The translations under genes were made by a program, and so were the position numbers. A DNA stretch of 63,241 bases, the filler included, from Stramenopiles sp. TOSAG23-3 (Eukaryota): assembly GCA_900128585.1 (NCBI GenBank). It is 10 parts of 10 records of this genome, joined end to end, with 100 filler letters (N's around TTAATTAATTAA, not from the genome) between each part and the next. Parts side by side here need not be neighbours in the genome. Positions count along the whole stretch, not along the records: positions 53,211 to 60,693 come from LT643144.1; positions 60,794 to 61,967 come from LT646327.1; positions 62,068 to 63,241 come from LT646328.1; 7 more parts are not named here. The stretch is one strand, 5' to 3'. Within the stretch, counting starts at the first letter, position 1, and every line of letters starts with the position of its first letter. Of this stretch, positions 53,592-63,241 are shown in pieces. The notes under the pieces are model-generated. The model did no database searches. It had not been told where the DNA came from and saw nothing but the letters and a program-made list of their open reading frames with translations.

Positions 53592-54965
53592 ATGTTTGTC
53601 CGTGCCTGCTTTCTTGTTGCTGCCTGGGGCATTGTGGGAAGCTCTGGTTCCTATTGTACCGGCGGGCCTTCCCCCGACGCAAAACCGAATATGCACCCGA
53701 TCACTGCTCCGACCATTGTACATGTTGCGGACTATAATTTTCCCACGGTGGGAGGAGAGGCAAATGCAGGCGGGGGGCGCCTGTTTAATGCAATCCACAA
53801 AGTAGGGAACACGACGTTTCCAATTCTACACTTGTACGGCTCCGGGTACCAAATGGGATACGCGCAAGGCGTCCTCCTGAAAGAACGTGCCAGAAACATG
53901 TGGGACATGTTTTGGGACTATTTGCTTACAACGGTGCCAGGGGGGGAAGAGGCGATAGAAAAAATTCTGCAGCCGATTGAAAAAACAAGCAAACCGTACA
54001 TTCCCGACCACTTCACGGACGAGCTCAAGGGACTGGCCGCTGCAACAGGGTACAATTACACACGGTTGCTTTGGATTCATCTTTTCCCAGAGTCCGCTGT
54101 TGGCCACTGCAGCATGTTTGGGGCGTGGGGAAAAGCAACGTCAAACAGCTACGGCGGCTCGCTGTTGCAGATGCGTGCGCTAGACTACATCACAGCAGAT
54201 TTCTTGTCGGACAACCACGCGTTGGTGGTCTACCATCCCTTGGACGGCCAGGCCTTCGTCAACATTGGCTTTGTCGGGACAATAACCCTAGTGACGGGGG
54301 TGTCCTCGGCCAAAATTTCTCTTTCCCAAATTGGGGTGAGCAATCCCGACGATACATTTGGTCCGCAGCGAAACGGCCAAGGGATCCCCTTTAATTTTTT
54401 GTTAAGGGACGTGCTGCAGTACCAAACAGACCTGAATGATGTGGAGCATGCGCTGGAAAGTGCCACCCGGACCATCGATTTGATTCTTGGGTTTGGCAGC
54501 CCCCAAAGTGCCGACGACCATTCGGGGGGCGCACCGTTTGTAGGTGTCCAATACGCCGCGAACCAAGTCCGGTTTTACGACGATAAAAACATGCTCCCCG
54601 TCAACAGCACTTGGCACCCCCCAATCGAAAACGTCGTGTACCATGGGATGGACTGGGATTGCCCCGCGTGGACAAGCCTGCTGGGGAAACAGATCCGGAA
54701 AGAAGGCCACGGCAATGGCAACATGACAGCCGAAGCCACGATTCGCTACATTAACCCGATCGTTCAGACGGGGAATCTGCACGTTGCGATCTACGAGGTT
54801 GAGAAAGGCATTGTGTACATTTCCCACTCGGTTGGAAGCAAACACAGCGGGCAGAAAAATGCGTACGAACGACCGTACGTGAAGATAGACGTGACCAGCC
54901 TGTTCAATGTTCCCTTGAAGATTTCAACAGGAGTGATCCGTGGAGAAATGGAAGCGGTCCAATAG
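53592..54965 (+). CDS. Secreted/lysosomal Ntn-hydrolase (acid ceramidase/peptidase C45-like, Dictyostelium Dcd1-like)
   Basis: Signal peptide; LHLYGSGYQMGYAQG.L, ELKGLA, nucleophile H-CSMFGAWGKAT, LQMRALD, GIPF..LLRDVLQY, TGNLHVAIYE. Confidence 0.8.
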   Translation: MFVRACFLVAAWGIVGSSGSYCTGGPSPDAKPNMHPITAPTIVHVADYNFPTVGGEANAGGGRLFNAIHKVGNTTFPILHLYGSGYQMGYAQGVLLKERARNMWDMFWDYLLTTVPGGEEAIEKILQPIEKTSKPYIPDHFTDELKGLAAATGYNYTRLLWIHLFPESAVGHCSMFGAWGKATSNSYGGSLLQMRALDYITADFLSDNHALVVYHPLDGQAFVNIGFVGTITLVTGVSSAKISLSQIGVSNPDDTFGPQRNGQGIPFNFLLRDVLQYQTDLNDVEHALESATRTIDLILGFGSPQSADDHSGGAPFVGVQYAANQVRFYDDKNMLPVNSTWHPPIENVVYHGMDWDCPAWTSLLGKQIRKEGHGNGNMTAEATIRYINPIVQTGNLHVAIYEVEKGIVYISHSVGSKHSGQKNAYERPYVKIDVTSLFNVPLKISTGVIRGEMEAVQ

Positions 54966-55115
54966 TAAAATGGCCAAGAACGAAAGAAGAAAAAAATAAA
55001 CTGAAAGTTAAAAAAAAGAAACTGAAGTTACATTTTGTTGATTATCAATGAGATCAGTAAATTCTTAAGAATTACTCGTGCGAGTACTCTTAGTGTTTAC
55101 GATCATACGACAAAT

Positions 55116-56021
55116 TTAGTTTCCAAACTTTAAAATTCGAGTCATTAAATCGACTGCTCCTCCCCTGTACCCTCTTCCAAAGATTTGGTAATGATTCAAA
55201 TGGTGGTGCAACTCGTACAACAGGGCCCTTCGTTCATAACCTTCTTTCTTTGGTAAAACAGAATGGTAAGCTTCAAAGAAAGATTTCCCAAACCCTCCAA
55301 ACATTCTAGCGATTCCCAAGTCTGCTTCGTGATGCCCGTAGTAGACAGCAGGGTCAAACATCGTCGGAATTCCCCCGTGCATACCCCAGTTCCCGCTCCA
55401 AAGATCTCCATGCAAGACGGAAGGCACAATGTCTTCGACGATTAGACCCGAAAATAACTCCGGCAAACGTTTCTGCAGTTGGGCTCCGAGTTCTTGAAGC
55501 TTCACATCGGTGGGAAATTTAGATTTTATGACAGCGAGCTGGTCTCCCAAGCGGTACGTGTTCCAAAAATCCACCCAGTCTTGACACGTCTGGTTGACAT
55601 CGTTTAGCTGTCTTCCAGCCCCACAACAGCCGTCAAAGGGAAATCCAAAGGTATTGTACAGTCTATTGCTTTGGTTTTTGTGCATCTTTGCTAACCCCTT
55701 CCCCAATCTTGCAGCATCAGAAGCGTTTGAACTGGAAAGCTCAAGATGTTCGACGCAGATGAAGCCTTTCCCCCGCTCGTCCGTTCCGTACAATATTGGT
55801 TTCGGTATGTACAATTCGGAACCATTTGCAGACGCCCTAAGGTGACTAAGGCCTTCATATTCGTACTTTAGCATATCTTTATCTACAGTATCATCGCCCC
55901 CTTGCCCAATTTTTACAAAAATTCGTTGGTTTGACTCTTTCACGACAAAGCTTGACCCATCCTTGACGACCGTCTCACCCGAGAACACACTGCTGAGTTG
56001 TGACTGTATAGAAGACGCCAT
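55116..56021 (-). CDS. Fructosamine/ketosamine-3-kinase family protein
   Basis: FVK, E.EGL..L, LG..LA.MH, FGF, W..FW...RL..QL, PSVLHGDLWSGN, FDPAVYYGHHEADL.IARMFGGF, LYELHHHLNH..IFG..Y. Confidence 0.93.
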   Translation of the reverse strand: MASSIQSQLSSVFSGETVVKDGSSFVVKESNQRIFVKIGQGGDDTVDKDMLKYEYEGLSHLRASANGSELYIPKPILYGTDERGKGFICVEHLELSSSNASDAARLGKGLAKMHKNQSNRLYNTFGFPFDGCCGAGRQLNDVNQTCQDWVDFWNTYRLGDQLAVIKSKFPTDVKLQELGAQLQKRLPELFSGLIVEDIVPSVLHGDLWSGNWGMHGGIPTMFDPAVYYGHHEADLGIARMFGGFGKSFFEAYHSVLPKKEGYERRALLYELHHHLNHYQIFGRGYRGGAVDLMTRILKFGN

Positions 56022-56531
56022 TCCAATATTTGCGTGCTTCGTATAACTCTAAAAGTTGTCACGGCAAAACGGAAGGCTCTCAACAATATAACTTACGTTT
56101 TCAATTCAAAGAATGTTTCAAAAATTATGACAGTTTTTTATAGACGACTAATATGACATACTGTATTATACACAATCTTTTATTTTTTTCCCCTAGGGTT
56201 AGAAGATGTCGCGTCTTCTGTCTTCTGGCAAATATCATGTAGTCCTGAAAATGATGATTGATTCTGAAAAAAGGTATAAATATATACGGCTGAAAAATAG
56301 TAGCAGGCAAATAGAAGACCTGAAATGATTCTGAAAGGTGTTGAGAAGAAGAAGAATAAAAAAAAAGAAAAAAAAGAAGAAGTAATTATTAATGTTTACT
56401 ATATAGACACGCCTTTTTTTGTTTGTTTTCCAACCAAATATAAACCGTTCCAATTGTTTTCGATGGTTCGTTCTGCAATATATAAAAAAAGATAAAACGT
56501 TCTCAGCATCGTAAGTTGCGACAACATTAGC

Positions 56532-57266
56532 ATGTCTGAAGCGGAGGAACGGAAGTGCGCGGAGGCCTTGAATTTTTGCCAAGTGTCCAAGTCGGCCGTT
56601 ACAATCTGTCTGTGGCCGTCAGGATCGGGTGAAAATGAGGTTGGTTTTGTACGGGATTGGATTTCAGGGACGTGCGGGGCAAAAATAATTCATGAGCACA
56701 AGCTATATGTAAAACCAAAAGCAGGCCCTTTGATTATGCTTACGTTGTACGACGGGGAACCTTGGCTTGAGACGAACTGTTGGTACAACGAGCAACCCTT
56801 AGAAACTGGAAAACCGACAGGACGTTGGCCGGGCGCCAAATGGAAGCACAGGCTGTGCTTCAAAGAGGACCGCGAAATGCACGTTTTCGTAGTAGACGTC
56901 GCCAATGCGTTTGAAGACGTGTGGTCCGATAAGTACCGTGTCCGTGATCTTCTTGCGGAACGGACCGGGCACTTTGGCAATTCGTGCATGCATTTAAGCG
57001 ATGATCAGAAAAGCGCATTGACTTCGGATGGAAAGCTGTTGAGCGGAATGTCTTGCAACGATAGCTATGCTTACCATTGTTCCCGCGCCTTGCTGAACCC
57101 GTTTGCAGAGAAATATTTAAATGAAATAGCAGACGTGCATGATATTGAAGATCCAAATTTTATGAAAACCTATAGGTTCGATACATTTTTGAAATGGCTG
57201 AAGGATCGCTCAGGCTACAAAGACTGGGACGAAGGTAGTGGCAAGTTTAATCCTCCCAATTTCTAG
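56532..57266 (+). CDS. Hypothetical protein
   Basis: 244-aa ATG-initiated ORF with coding-like composition; motif KYRVRD...GNSCMHLSDD. Confidence 0.7.
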   Translation: MSEAEERKCAEALNFCQVSKSAVTICLWPSGSGENEVGFVRDWISGTCGAKIIHEHKLYVKPKAGPLIMLTLYDGEPWLETNCWYNEQPLETGKPTGRWPGAKWKHRLCFKEDREMHVFVVDVANAFEDVWSDKYRVRDLLAERTGHFGNSCMHLSDDQKSALTSDGKLLSGMSCNDSYAYHCSRALLNPFAEKYLNEIADVHDIEDPNFMKTYRFDTFLKWLKDRSGYKDWDEGSGKFNPPNF

Positions 57267-57626
57267 TAAAAAAAAAACCTAATTCAGTTTTTCTAAAAAA
57301 GAAGAATTAAAAACAACAAACCATCGCGGTCTCCATTTAACAAGCACAACAGAGTCTTAATTTTTCTTGGCCATCTGACATACCAGTCACAGGGTTTGAG
57401 CTCTTAGTTGACCAACTTACGATTACTTATTTAACAGATTTGTGTCTAAGATAGACAGAAGCAAACGTCCTTTGTTTGAAGCAAATGTCCTTTGTTTTCA
57501 TATTTCTAGATGTATATTCAGTTATCAAACGATGAAGCGATTATTGTTATTATTATATATTACTATATAATTAGTAAATTTTAAATATTTGCACTAGTAG
57601 TACAAAAAACTCTTCACGTCGCAATT

Positions 57627-59843
57627 TTACAAGATAAGGTCAGGGAATTCCCCGTCTTCACCCTCGCTATCATCGTCCCCACTACCGGTATCACCTTTCT
57701 GCAAACTCGAATCTACAGCAGGGCGAGATGAGGAAGCAGCAGCTTCTGCTTGTAGAATTTCCTCCACTTTGCGTTTCTTGGGGCTTCTCTGGTTGGGTTT
57801 CCCCCCTTCCAACTGGGCAACATCCCTATTTGTACTTTTGGGGGCCTCGTCGCTGGGGCCCGTTTCCGTGCTACTCTCGCCAACACCACTGACTCCATTG
57901 GAATTTTCCATAGTGTTCGACCCTGTATCGCCGCGAACTAAGTGTCCGGCACTATCCTCCTCTTCTTCCGACGATTCCCCGCTCTCGCTCCCCCTCCCAT
58001 TATTTTCATTATCGTAGAACTTGGTCTGCTGCATTGGGGCGACTGTGCGAGTGTACGCCAGCAAGGGCTGGGCCCTCGGCCTCATCAGGCTCGTGACGGA
58101 CATTATTGCACTGCGACAAAACACACTGATTTCTTCGTCGTTTTTCTGGTCAAGCCCGCACTGAAACGCATGGAGGGAGAAACTATAAATGGAAGGAAGA
58201 CTCGAAGCAGACGGGACGGTGGCGCAAGCAAGGAGCAACGCGTAAAAATCTTTGCAAACATCTTTGTTCCTCAGTACAAGACTTCGCAACTTCCCTGGTG
58301 CCCCAAGAGCAAACGCATCGTACGAGATGTCGTGAATCATGCCACGAACAGTGGCTGACATGTGCGGGCCAGATGAAACAACTAGGGTGCGCAAAATATT
58401 GCAGCAAGCACGGATTCTTTTCTCGCCAAACACCCGAAGGTTTCCCCATGTCCTATGCTCTCTTGAAACCTTGTTACGTTTCTGAGCCCGGCTTGTGTTT
58501 TCATTTTTCTGAACCTGCGCCGTTTCGACGGCGCCGTCGTAGCCTTTCATGTCCCCGATGCAAAGTGATGCAACCGTATCAACAACCGATTGGTTTAAAC
58601 ACGATTTTGCAGCCGACAGAAAAGAGTACAGCGCAAGATAAGTGTCGTAGCGTAGGCTCGGAAATTTTTTCTCGGCCGCCCACCGCAGGACGGCTACTAG
58701 CAAAGTCGACGCCTGGGTGTAAACTTTCAAAACTTGGTCCCCCAGGGATCGGAAAAATGCACAAAATACAGGAGACAGCGCCCGGAAGATCAAGCAGTTC
58801 ATGCATTCCACGTGCACCTCCAACGCTTTCGTCTTTTTCGTGTCCGATCTCATGCAATTCAATATGATCTGGTCTAGCACGGAGAGAACCATCTTGTAAG
58901 GTATCATCACAGGGGTGGACCGCTTACTATGGGCCGGTGCCCCGAGCATCTCCACGAGCGCGCCGCAGAGCCCATGCAGGCGTCGGGGCAGGACCGTGTC
59001 GGATATCTCCCCCTCGTCCGTCTCAACGGGAACGACGAAGGTTTGATTCCTCTTCCCTAAAACGGCCTTGAACTCCCCCGCCTTCATCTCGTTCTCTGTC
59101 CCGCGGTAACGCTCTACGAGCGCGTAAATGTTGGACAGCAGCAAAGTGAACATTTTCGCCCAGGCCGCCGGGTCATTTCTTCCAAACGTGAACGCCGCGA
59201 AGCACTCCGCCGCCTTTTTCTGAACCAGTTCGGAGCTGTGGTCGAGCATTGCATTGATTGTTTTCGGCAACTTTCGAGGAGCGCCTCGAATGCACCCTGG
59301 GCACGCGGTCAAGGACCCACGTATACCTTCAAGCCCTGCTACTACCCCGTCTGCGTTCATGTAATCGTCGCGCGCGTGCTCGATGAGCGTCATGAACAGC
59401 GGCAAGGCCTGGAGGGCGTAGTTCGACCCGCTTTTGCGGACTTCGACTTGCTCCGAGTCAGCCACGTACGCCATTAAGCGGGAAAAAACGACGGCTGCTT
59501 TGGAACGAACGGAAATGTCTTCGCCGGCTCGAAGCAAATGGAGCAAAAGCTCGCAGTACCTGGGCCCCGATTCAAAGTCGCCCATGCGGGACTTTTCTAT
59601 AATAATGGCTTCAAGCACCTGCACCGAAGAACTTCGCGTTTCCGGGATTTTGCTGCGGCACATCTTGTCCAGCGCCGCCAAGACTTGTTTCCCGCTGCCG
59701 CTGCTTCCGTCTCGAAAAACCCCGTGCGCGTTCAAAAGAAATACGGACATGTTGTAATCTACCGGCGACGTAATCGTTCCATCAAAATCTCCACCTACAT
59801 CAAGGAGTGTGTCTACTACATGCTTAGTAACCGCAGCCTGCAT
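57627..59843 (-). CDS. PELP1/Rix1-like pre-rRNA processing protein (helical repeats plus acidic tail)
   Basis: Long HEAT/ARM-like helical region, LMRPRAQPL (cf. conserved HPRxPPL), acidic C-terminus ending DGEFPDLIL. First ATG is at 59843. Confidence 0.65.
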   Translation of the reverse strand: MQAAVTKHVVDTLLDVGGDFDGTITSPVDYNMSVFLLNAHGVFRDGSSGSGKQVLAALDKMCRSKIPETRSSSVQVLEAIIIEKSRMGDFESGPRYCELLLHLLRAGEDISVRSKAAVVFSRLMAYVADSEQVEVRKSGSNYALQALPLFMTLIEHARDDYMNADGVVAGLEGIRGSLTACPGCIRGAPRKLPKTINAMLDHSSELVQKKAAECFAAFTFGRNDPAAWAKMFTLLLSNIYALVERYRGTENEMKAGEFKAVLGKRNQTFVVPVETDEGEISDTVLPRRLHGLCGALVEMLGAPAHSKRSTPVMIPYKMVLSVLDQIILNCMRSDTKKTKALEVHVECMNCLIFRALSPVFCAFFRSLGDQVLKVYTQASTLLVAVLRWAAEKKFPSLRYDTYLALYSFLSAAKSCLNQSVVDTVASLCIGDMKGYDGAVETAQVQKNENTSRAQKRNKVSREHRTWGNLRVFGEKRIRACCNILRTLVVSSGPHMSATVRGMIHDISYDAFALGAPGKLRSLVLRNKDVCKDFYALLLACATVPSASSLPSIYSFSLHAFQCGLDQKNDEEISVFCRSAIMSVTSLMRPRAQPLLAYTRTVAPMQQTKFYDNENNGRGSESGESSEEEEDSAGHLVRGDTGSNTMENSNGVSGVGESSTETGPSDEAPKSTNRDVAQLEGGKPNQRSPKKRKVEEILQAEAAASSSRPAVDSSLQKGDTGSGDDDSEGEDGEFPDLIL

Positions 59844-60619
59844 CGTTACGCACCGTGTCCAGGCCACCGCTTACGCTCCACGAACTCCACGCCTATATTC
59901 AAAAAGTTAGAACTCGCACCACCCTTCTTACGTCGAGCGCCGAAGTAACCGTTCCTAGAAGTGAACAGCAAAACGAAAGAGAATATGTACAAAAAACGTA
60001 TTTGTACGTATCTCCGAGAATGAATAAAATAATAACAAAAAAAGCAGATTCCTACTGAAATTAAACGGAAAGGAAAGTGGTGAATGGTGAATCTTATGAT
60101 AGTCGTCTAGTTATTAAATTATAAAAATTCGGCCGAGTAGAATCAAGTTTTGATGAAGAAAAAAGATTGTGGGCAAAAAAAACCAAACAAATAATAATAA
60201 TATTATAATGAAAAAAAAAAAAAAAAAGAGGAGAAGATGATCGATATTATAGAAGAAGAAGATAGAAAAGATGGATGTACCAACAAAGTACAACAATGGA
60301 AAATACAATAAATGAGATCAACAAGCAAAAGATCTACGATGTCTTCTTCTCGCTAAAATATTATACTAGTATTATACTTCTATATAATATTACAATACAA
60401 TAATTAAATAGGATAATAAATATAGTAATAATAAATATTAATTCAATGGACCAGAATCATTGAGGAAGAAAAAGAAAAAAAAAATATATTACCTCCCTTC
60501 TACCCTCTACCCCTCTATATCTACTACTATTAATACAATAATAGAACAGAGATTATAAGCTGTACTATTATTTCATCTCTTCTTCTCAGAGCCCTAAAAT
60601 AATAATAATAATACTGTAT

Positions 60620-60621
60620 CT

Positions 60622-60693
<72 letters not shown>
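60620..60693 (+). repeat. (TTTC)n microsatellite at contig end
   Basis: Continuous ctttctttc... run ending at the linker. Confidence 0.9.
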
Positions 60694-60851
60694 NNNNNNN
60701 NNNNNNNNNNNNNNNNNNNNNNNNNNNNNNNNNNNNNTTAATTAATTAANNNNNNNNNNNNNNNNNNNNNNNNNNNNNNNNNNNNNNNNNNNNACGCATG
60801 CAAGACACGTTCAAAACAGACAAAAGCAAGCTGGAAAAGACGAAGACATAC

Positions 60852-61966
60852 AAAACGTTTCTCATCGATTTGCACACTATCTTGTTCGCAAGGCTCCCGA
60901 ACTCAATAGTGTACTTGCTCTGCTTCAGCTGGTCTGCCCCGTTGTGCAGCGTGATGATTATGTCCGTCTCTGCGTTCCCGCCCAACGAGCTTTTCAGCAT
61001 GCGGGTCAGGGCACTGTTACGGTACGGTATAAACTTCTCGTTCTTGGACAGAGCAATGACCACGCTCTTCAGGGCGCTGAGGCTCTTGTTTATCGCTTTT
61101 GTTTCTTGCTGTTGCGAATGCCCAAATTTCGTGCTAAAGGACTCGCTGCCCGCCAAGTCGACCAGGTTCATCGTGGAGACGCGGACGACAACGTTGCTGG
61201 CGCCGCTTCCTTGGCCGGCAGGGACTTGCGGGGCCGGCAACGCCGCGGACGGTGACACAGGGGTGCTTTGCTTTTCGTCGGACTTTTCGGCGGCCGCCTG
61301 GCCCCCCTGTGCCACCGAACGCTCGGCCTCTTCCTCTTCTTGGGACTCCATGACCAAGCTAAAGATGGTGTGACTGCGCGAACTATGTTCATTGATATTG
61401 GACACACCCATCTTCTTGGTCTGCGCCCCAATCCTAAGGTACTTTTGCAAGTCTTCAAAAGAGCGGACAAAAACGGCCTTTGAGTTCGTCTCAAAGGACT
61501 CCCCGTCCGCTTTCAATGTGAGCTGCAGTTTTTTTCGGCTATTGAGCAAGTCAAAAACGTTTTCGTTGTATATTTCTACATACCTGCACCGCAACAAGAA
61601 GCTTCGCTTGGACGCCATTTCTTTGGCTACTTTAAAAATGTGCTGGCATGTCAGCGGGAGAAGACCCGGCTCCCCCTCGTCCCCAAGCATGGTGTGCGTC
61701 TTCCCACTCCCGGTTTGGCCGTACATAAAAACCGTGGCGTTATAGCCGTCGGCCAGGCGTCTCACTATTCTGGTACCGATCTTGGTAAACACTTCAACAT
61801 TTTTACAACCTTGATCGTACACGTCGTCGAATGGAAACCCGTTCTGCGTGTTACGCTCCTGTATGATGTGCCTCCCCGGACGCTTGCCTTTCTGGGCTTC
61901 CACGTACTTGAAGCATTCGTCCCCCGCCCGACCGTTCGGCAACGGCCGAAGTCTCGCCGATACCCT
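60852..61966 (-). CDS. Kinesin motor domain, partial at both ends; probable intron starting at 60851 (GTATGT)
   Basis: VSARLRP, FPFDDVY, GYNATVFMYGQTGSGKTHTM, YVEIYNE, NEHSSRSH, LVDLAGSE, INKSL, IPYRNSALTRML..SLGGN. Confidence 0.95.
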
Positions 61967-62398
61967 ANNNNNNNNNNNNNNNNNNNNNNNNNNNNNNNNN
62001 NNNNNNNNNNNTTAATTAATTAANNNNNNNNNNNNNNNNNNNNNNNNNNNNNNNNNNNNNNNNNNNNTTCTTCTTCTTCTTCTTCTATTACGTTCCTTTG
62101 ATGATCAACAACTTGTCTTCTTTTTTGATGATGTTTGTTGTTCTTTTTGGTATTCGATTTGCTTCAATTCTTTTCAATTGTTAGCATCTACACAGCATCA
62201 AACAATCCACCAACTCCAAAGTATTTTAATCGAACACTTTAAAACTGGCAGGTTGCTTTCACATTCTTCAACTTCTATGTGTACAGTACAACTTAAAAAA
62301 TGGTATACGTACAGTTGCTCGACAAGAGAAAAGCAGTCGACATAAGATACAAGCAAAGGTACAAAATAATACTAAAACACCCATAATAGTAAGCAATC

Positions 62399-63082
62399 AT
62401 GAAATTTTCTAGCACAGCAGTTATTGCGACATTTCTTTTTGGTTATGTCGCGACCTCGGACGCTGTGCTCACCAAGTTGGCATCCTTCGACGGCGCCTCT
62501 GGAACGACATGGAAGTGGAGAGACATGAACGATCCAGTGATGGGGGGGCAATCGACGTCCACCTTTCAAGTCGACTCTGGTAACAAAGTTGGCGTATTCA
62601 ACGGAACCTGCGCGATTGTTCCTAAGCTCAATGCCCCAGGCTTTGCAAAAGTATCCACTACGGGCTGGAACAGTTTCCCAGACGTTTCCTCGTACTCTTC
62701 GGGGTTCATGCAGCTTCGCGTTCGTTCTACAACACCTCAATTTTTTGGGTTCCGAATTGCATTTGCCGCGAAAGATGTCCCTCACACATCCATATTTGGT
62801 GGTGGTTCATTCAAATCCGGGTTCAACTTGACCGATACGACAGATTTTCAAATTGTAAAAGTTCCATTTAACTCATTTTCGTATGATTGGAGCCCCTTCA
62901 CCGGAAGGTGTGACACGAAAGACCCAACGGGCCAGCAACATCATTGCTGCTCGAGTGTTGACAACTACAAATACTGTCCAAAACCAAAGTATTTGAGCGC
63001 AATCACGGACATTGAACTTTGGGCAGAAGGGGTGGAAGGGGACTTTCACCTTGAAGTTGACTACATTGGTGCAGATGCGTAA
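62399..63082 (+). CDS. Secreted CIA30/NDUFAF1-like (galactose-binding-like fold) protein
   Basis: Signal peptide; W..MNDPVMGGQS, F.G....VPKL.APGF, V.VPF.SF, EG.EGDFHLEVDYIGA. Confidence 0.8.
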   Translation: MKFSSTAVIATFLFGYVATSDAVLTKLASFDGASGTTWKWRDMNDPVMGGQSTSTFQVDSGNKVGVFNGTCAIVPKLNAPGFAKVSTTGWNSFPDVSSYSSGFMQLRVRSTTPQFFGFRIAFAAKDVPHTSIFGGGSFKSGFNLTDTTDFQIVKVPFNSFSYDWSPFTGRCDTKDPTGQQHHCCSSVDNYKYCPKPKYLSAITDIELWAEGVEGDFHLEVDYIGADA

Positions 63083-63112
63083 ATGCTAAAAAATAATTAA
63101 GCAAAAATAATA

Positions 63113-63200
63113 TAAGCTAACATAAAACAAGAAAATTGGCTGTTATTTAAGCTAACATTTAATAAAACAAGAAAATTGGCTGTTATTTAAGTAATTAAAT
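63113..63200 (+). repeat. Two tandem copies of the dispersed repeat; the first is flanked by an 11-bp direct duplication
   Basis: taagctaacat-aaaacaagaaaattggctgttatt-taagctaacat-ttaat-aaaacaagaaaattggctgttatttaagtaattaaat. Confidence 0.85.
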
Positions 63201-63241
63201 TTAGCTTCGTCGTACCCTAATCCTAACTTGATTCTGTAATT

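Noticed and set aside
63113-63200. CRISPR-like repeat-spacer reading of the tandem repeat copies
   Set aside because: Only two copies with a very short spacer, eukaryotic context and no cas genes.

Overview
Gene-dense, nearly intron-free genomic DNA from a unicellular eukaryote. Coding regions look GC-balanced, spacers are very AT-rich, and core eukaryotic genes are present (CSTF3, GINS3, ANAPC4, ERCC1, SF3B6, RPB8, MPP-beta, kinesin). A flagellated protist such as a stramenopile is my guess, not a demonstration. The window is not one locus: it is ten contigs (7520, 7510, 7510, 7501, 7499, 7485, 7485, 7483, 1174, 1174 bp; size-sorted) joined by 100-nt N linkers containing TTAATTAATTAA, so adjacency is meaningful only within a contig. 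Highlights: (1) an intact prokaryote-type tricorn protease with eukaryote-style acidic and Lys-rich insertions, lying between a MINDY deubiquitinase and a head-to-head M1 (LTA4H-like) aminopeptidase on one contig; (2) an AT-rich tandem array of helicase-associated (HA) domains with hypervariable residues around the conserved WV motif and an in-frame stop; (3) a ~25-40 bp dispersed repeat (AAAACAAGAAAATTGGCTGTTATTTAAG) at gene 3' ends, with two copies flanked by 11-12 bp direct duplications, one of which appears to have rewritten a gene's stop codon; (4) a perfect 60-bp inverted repeat pair enclosing an orphan membrane-protein gene; (5) several bacterial-type enzymes (LtaS/sulfatase-like, DUF455, MidA-like methyltransferase-TPR, GT11-like). 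All family calls come from motif recognition by eye; no database searches were run.
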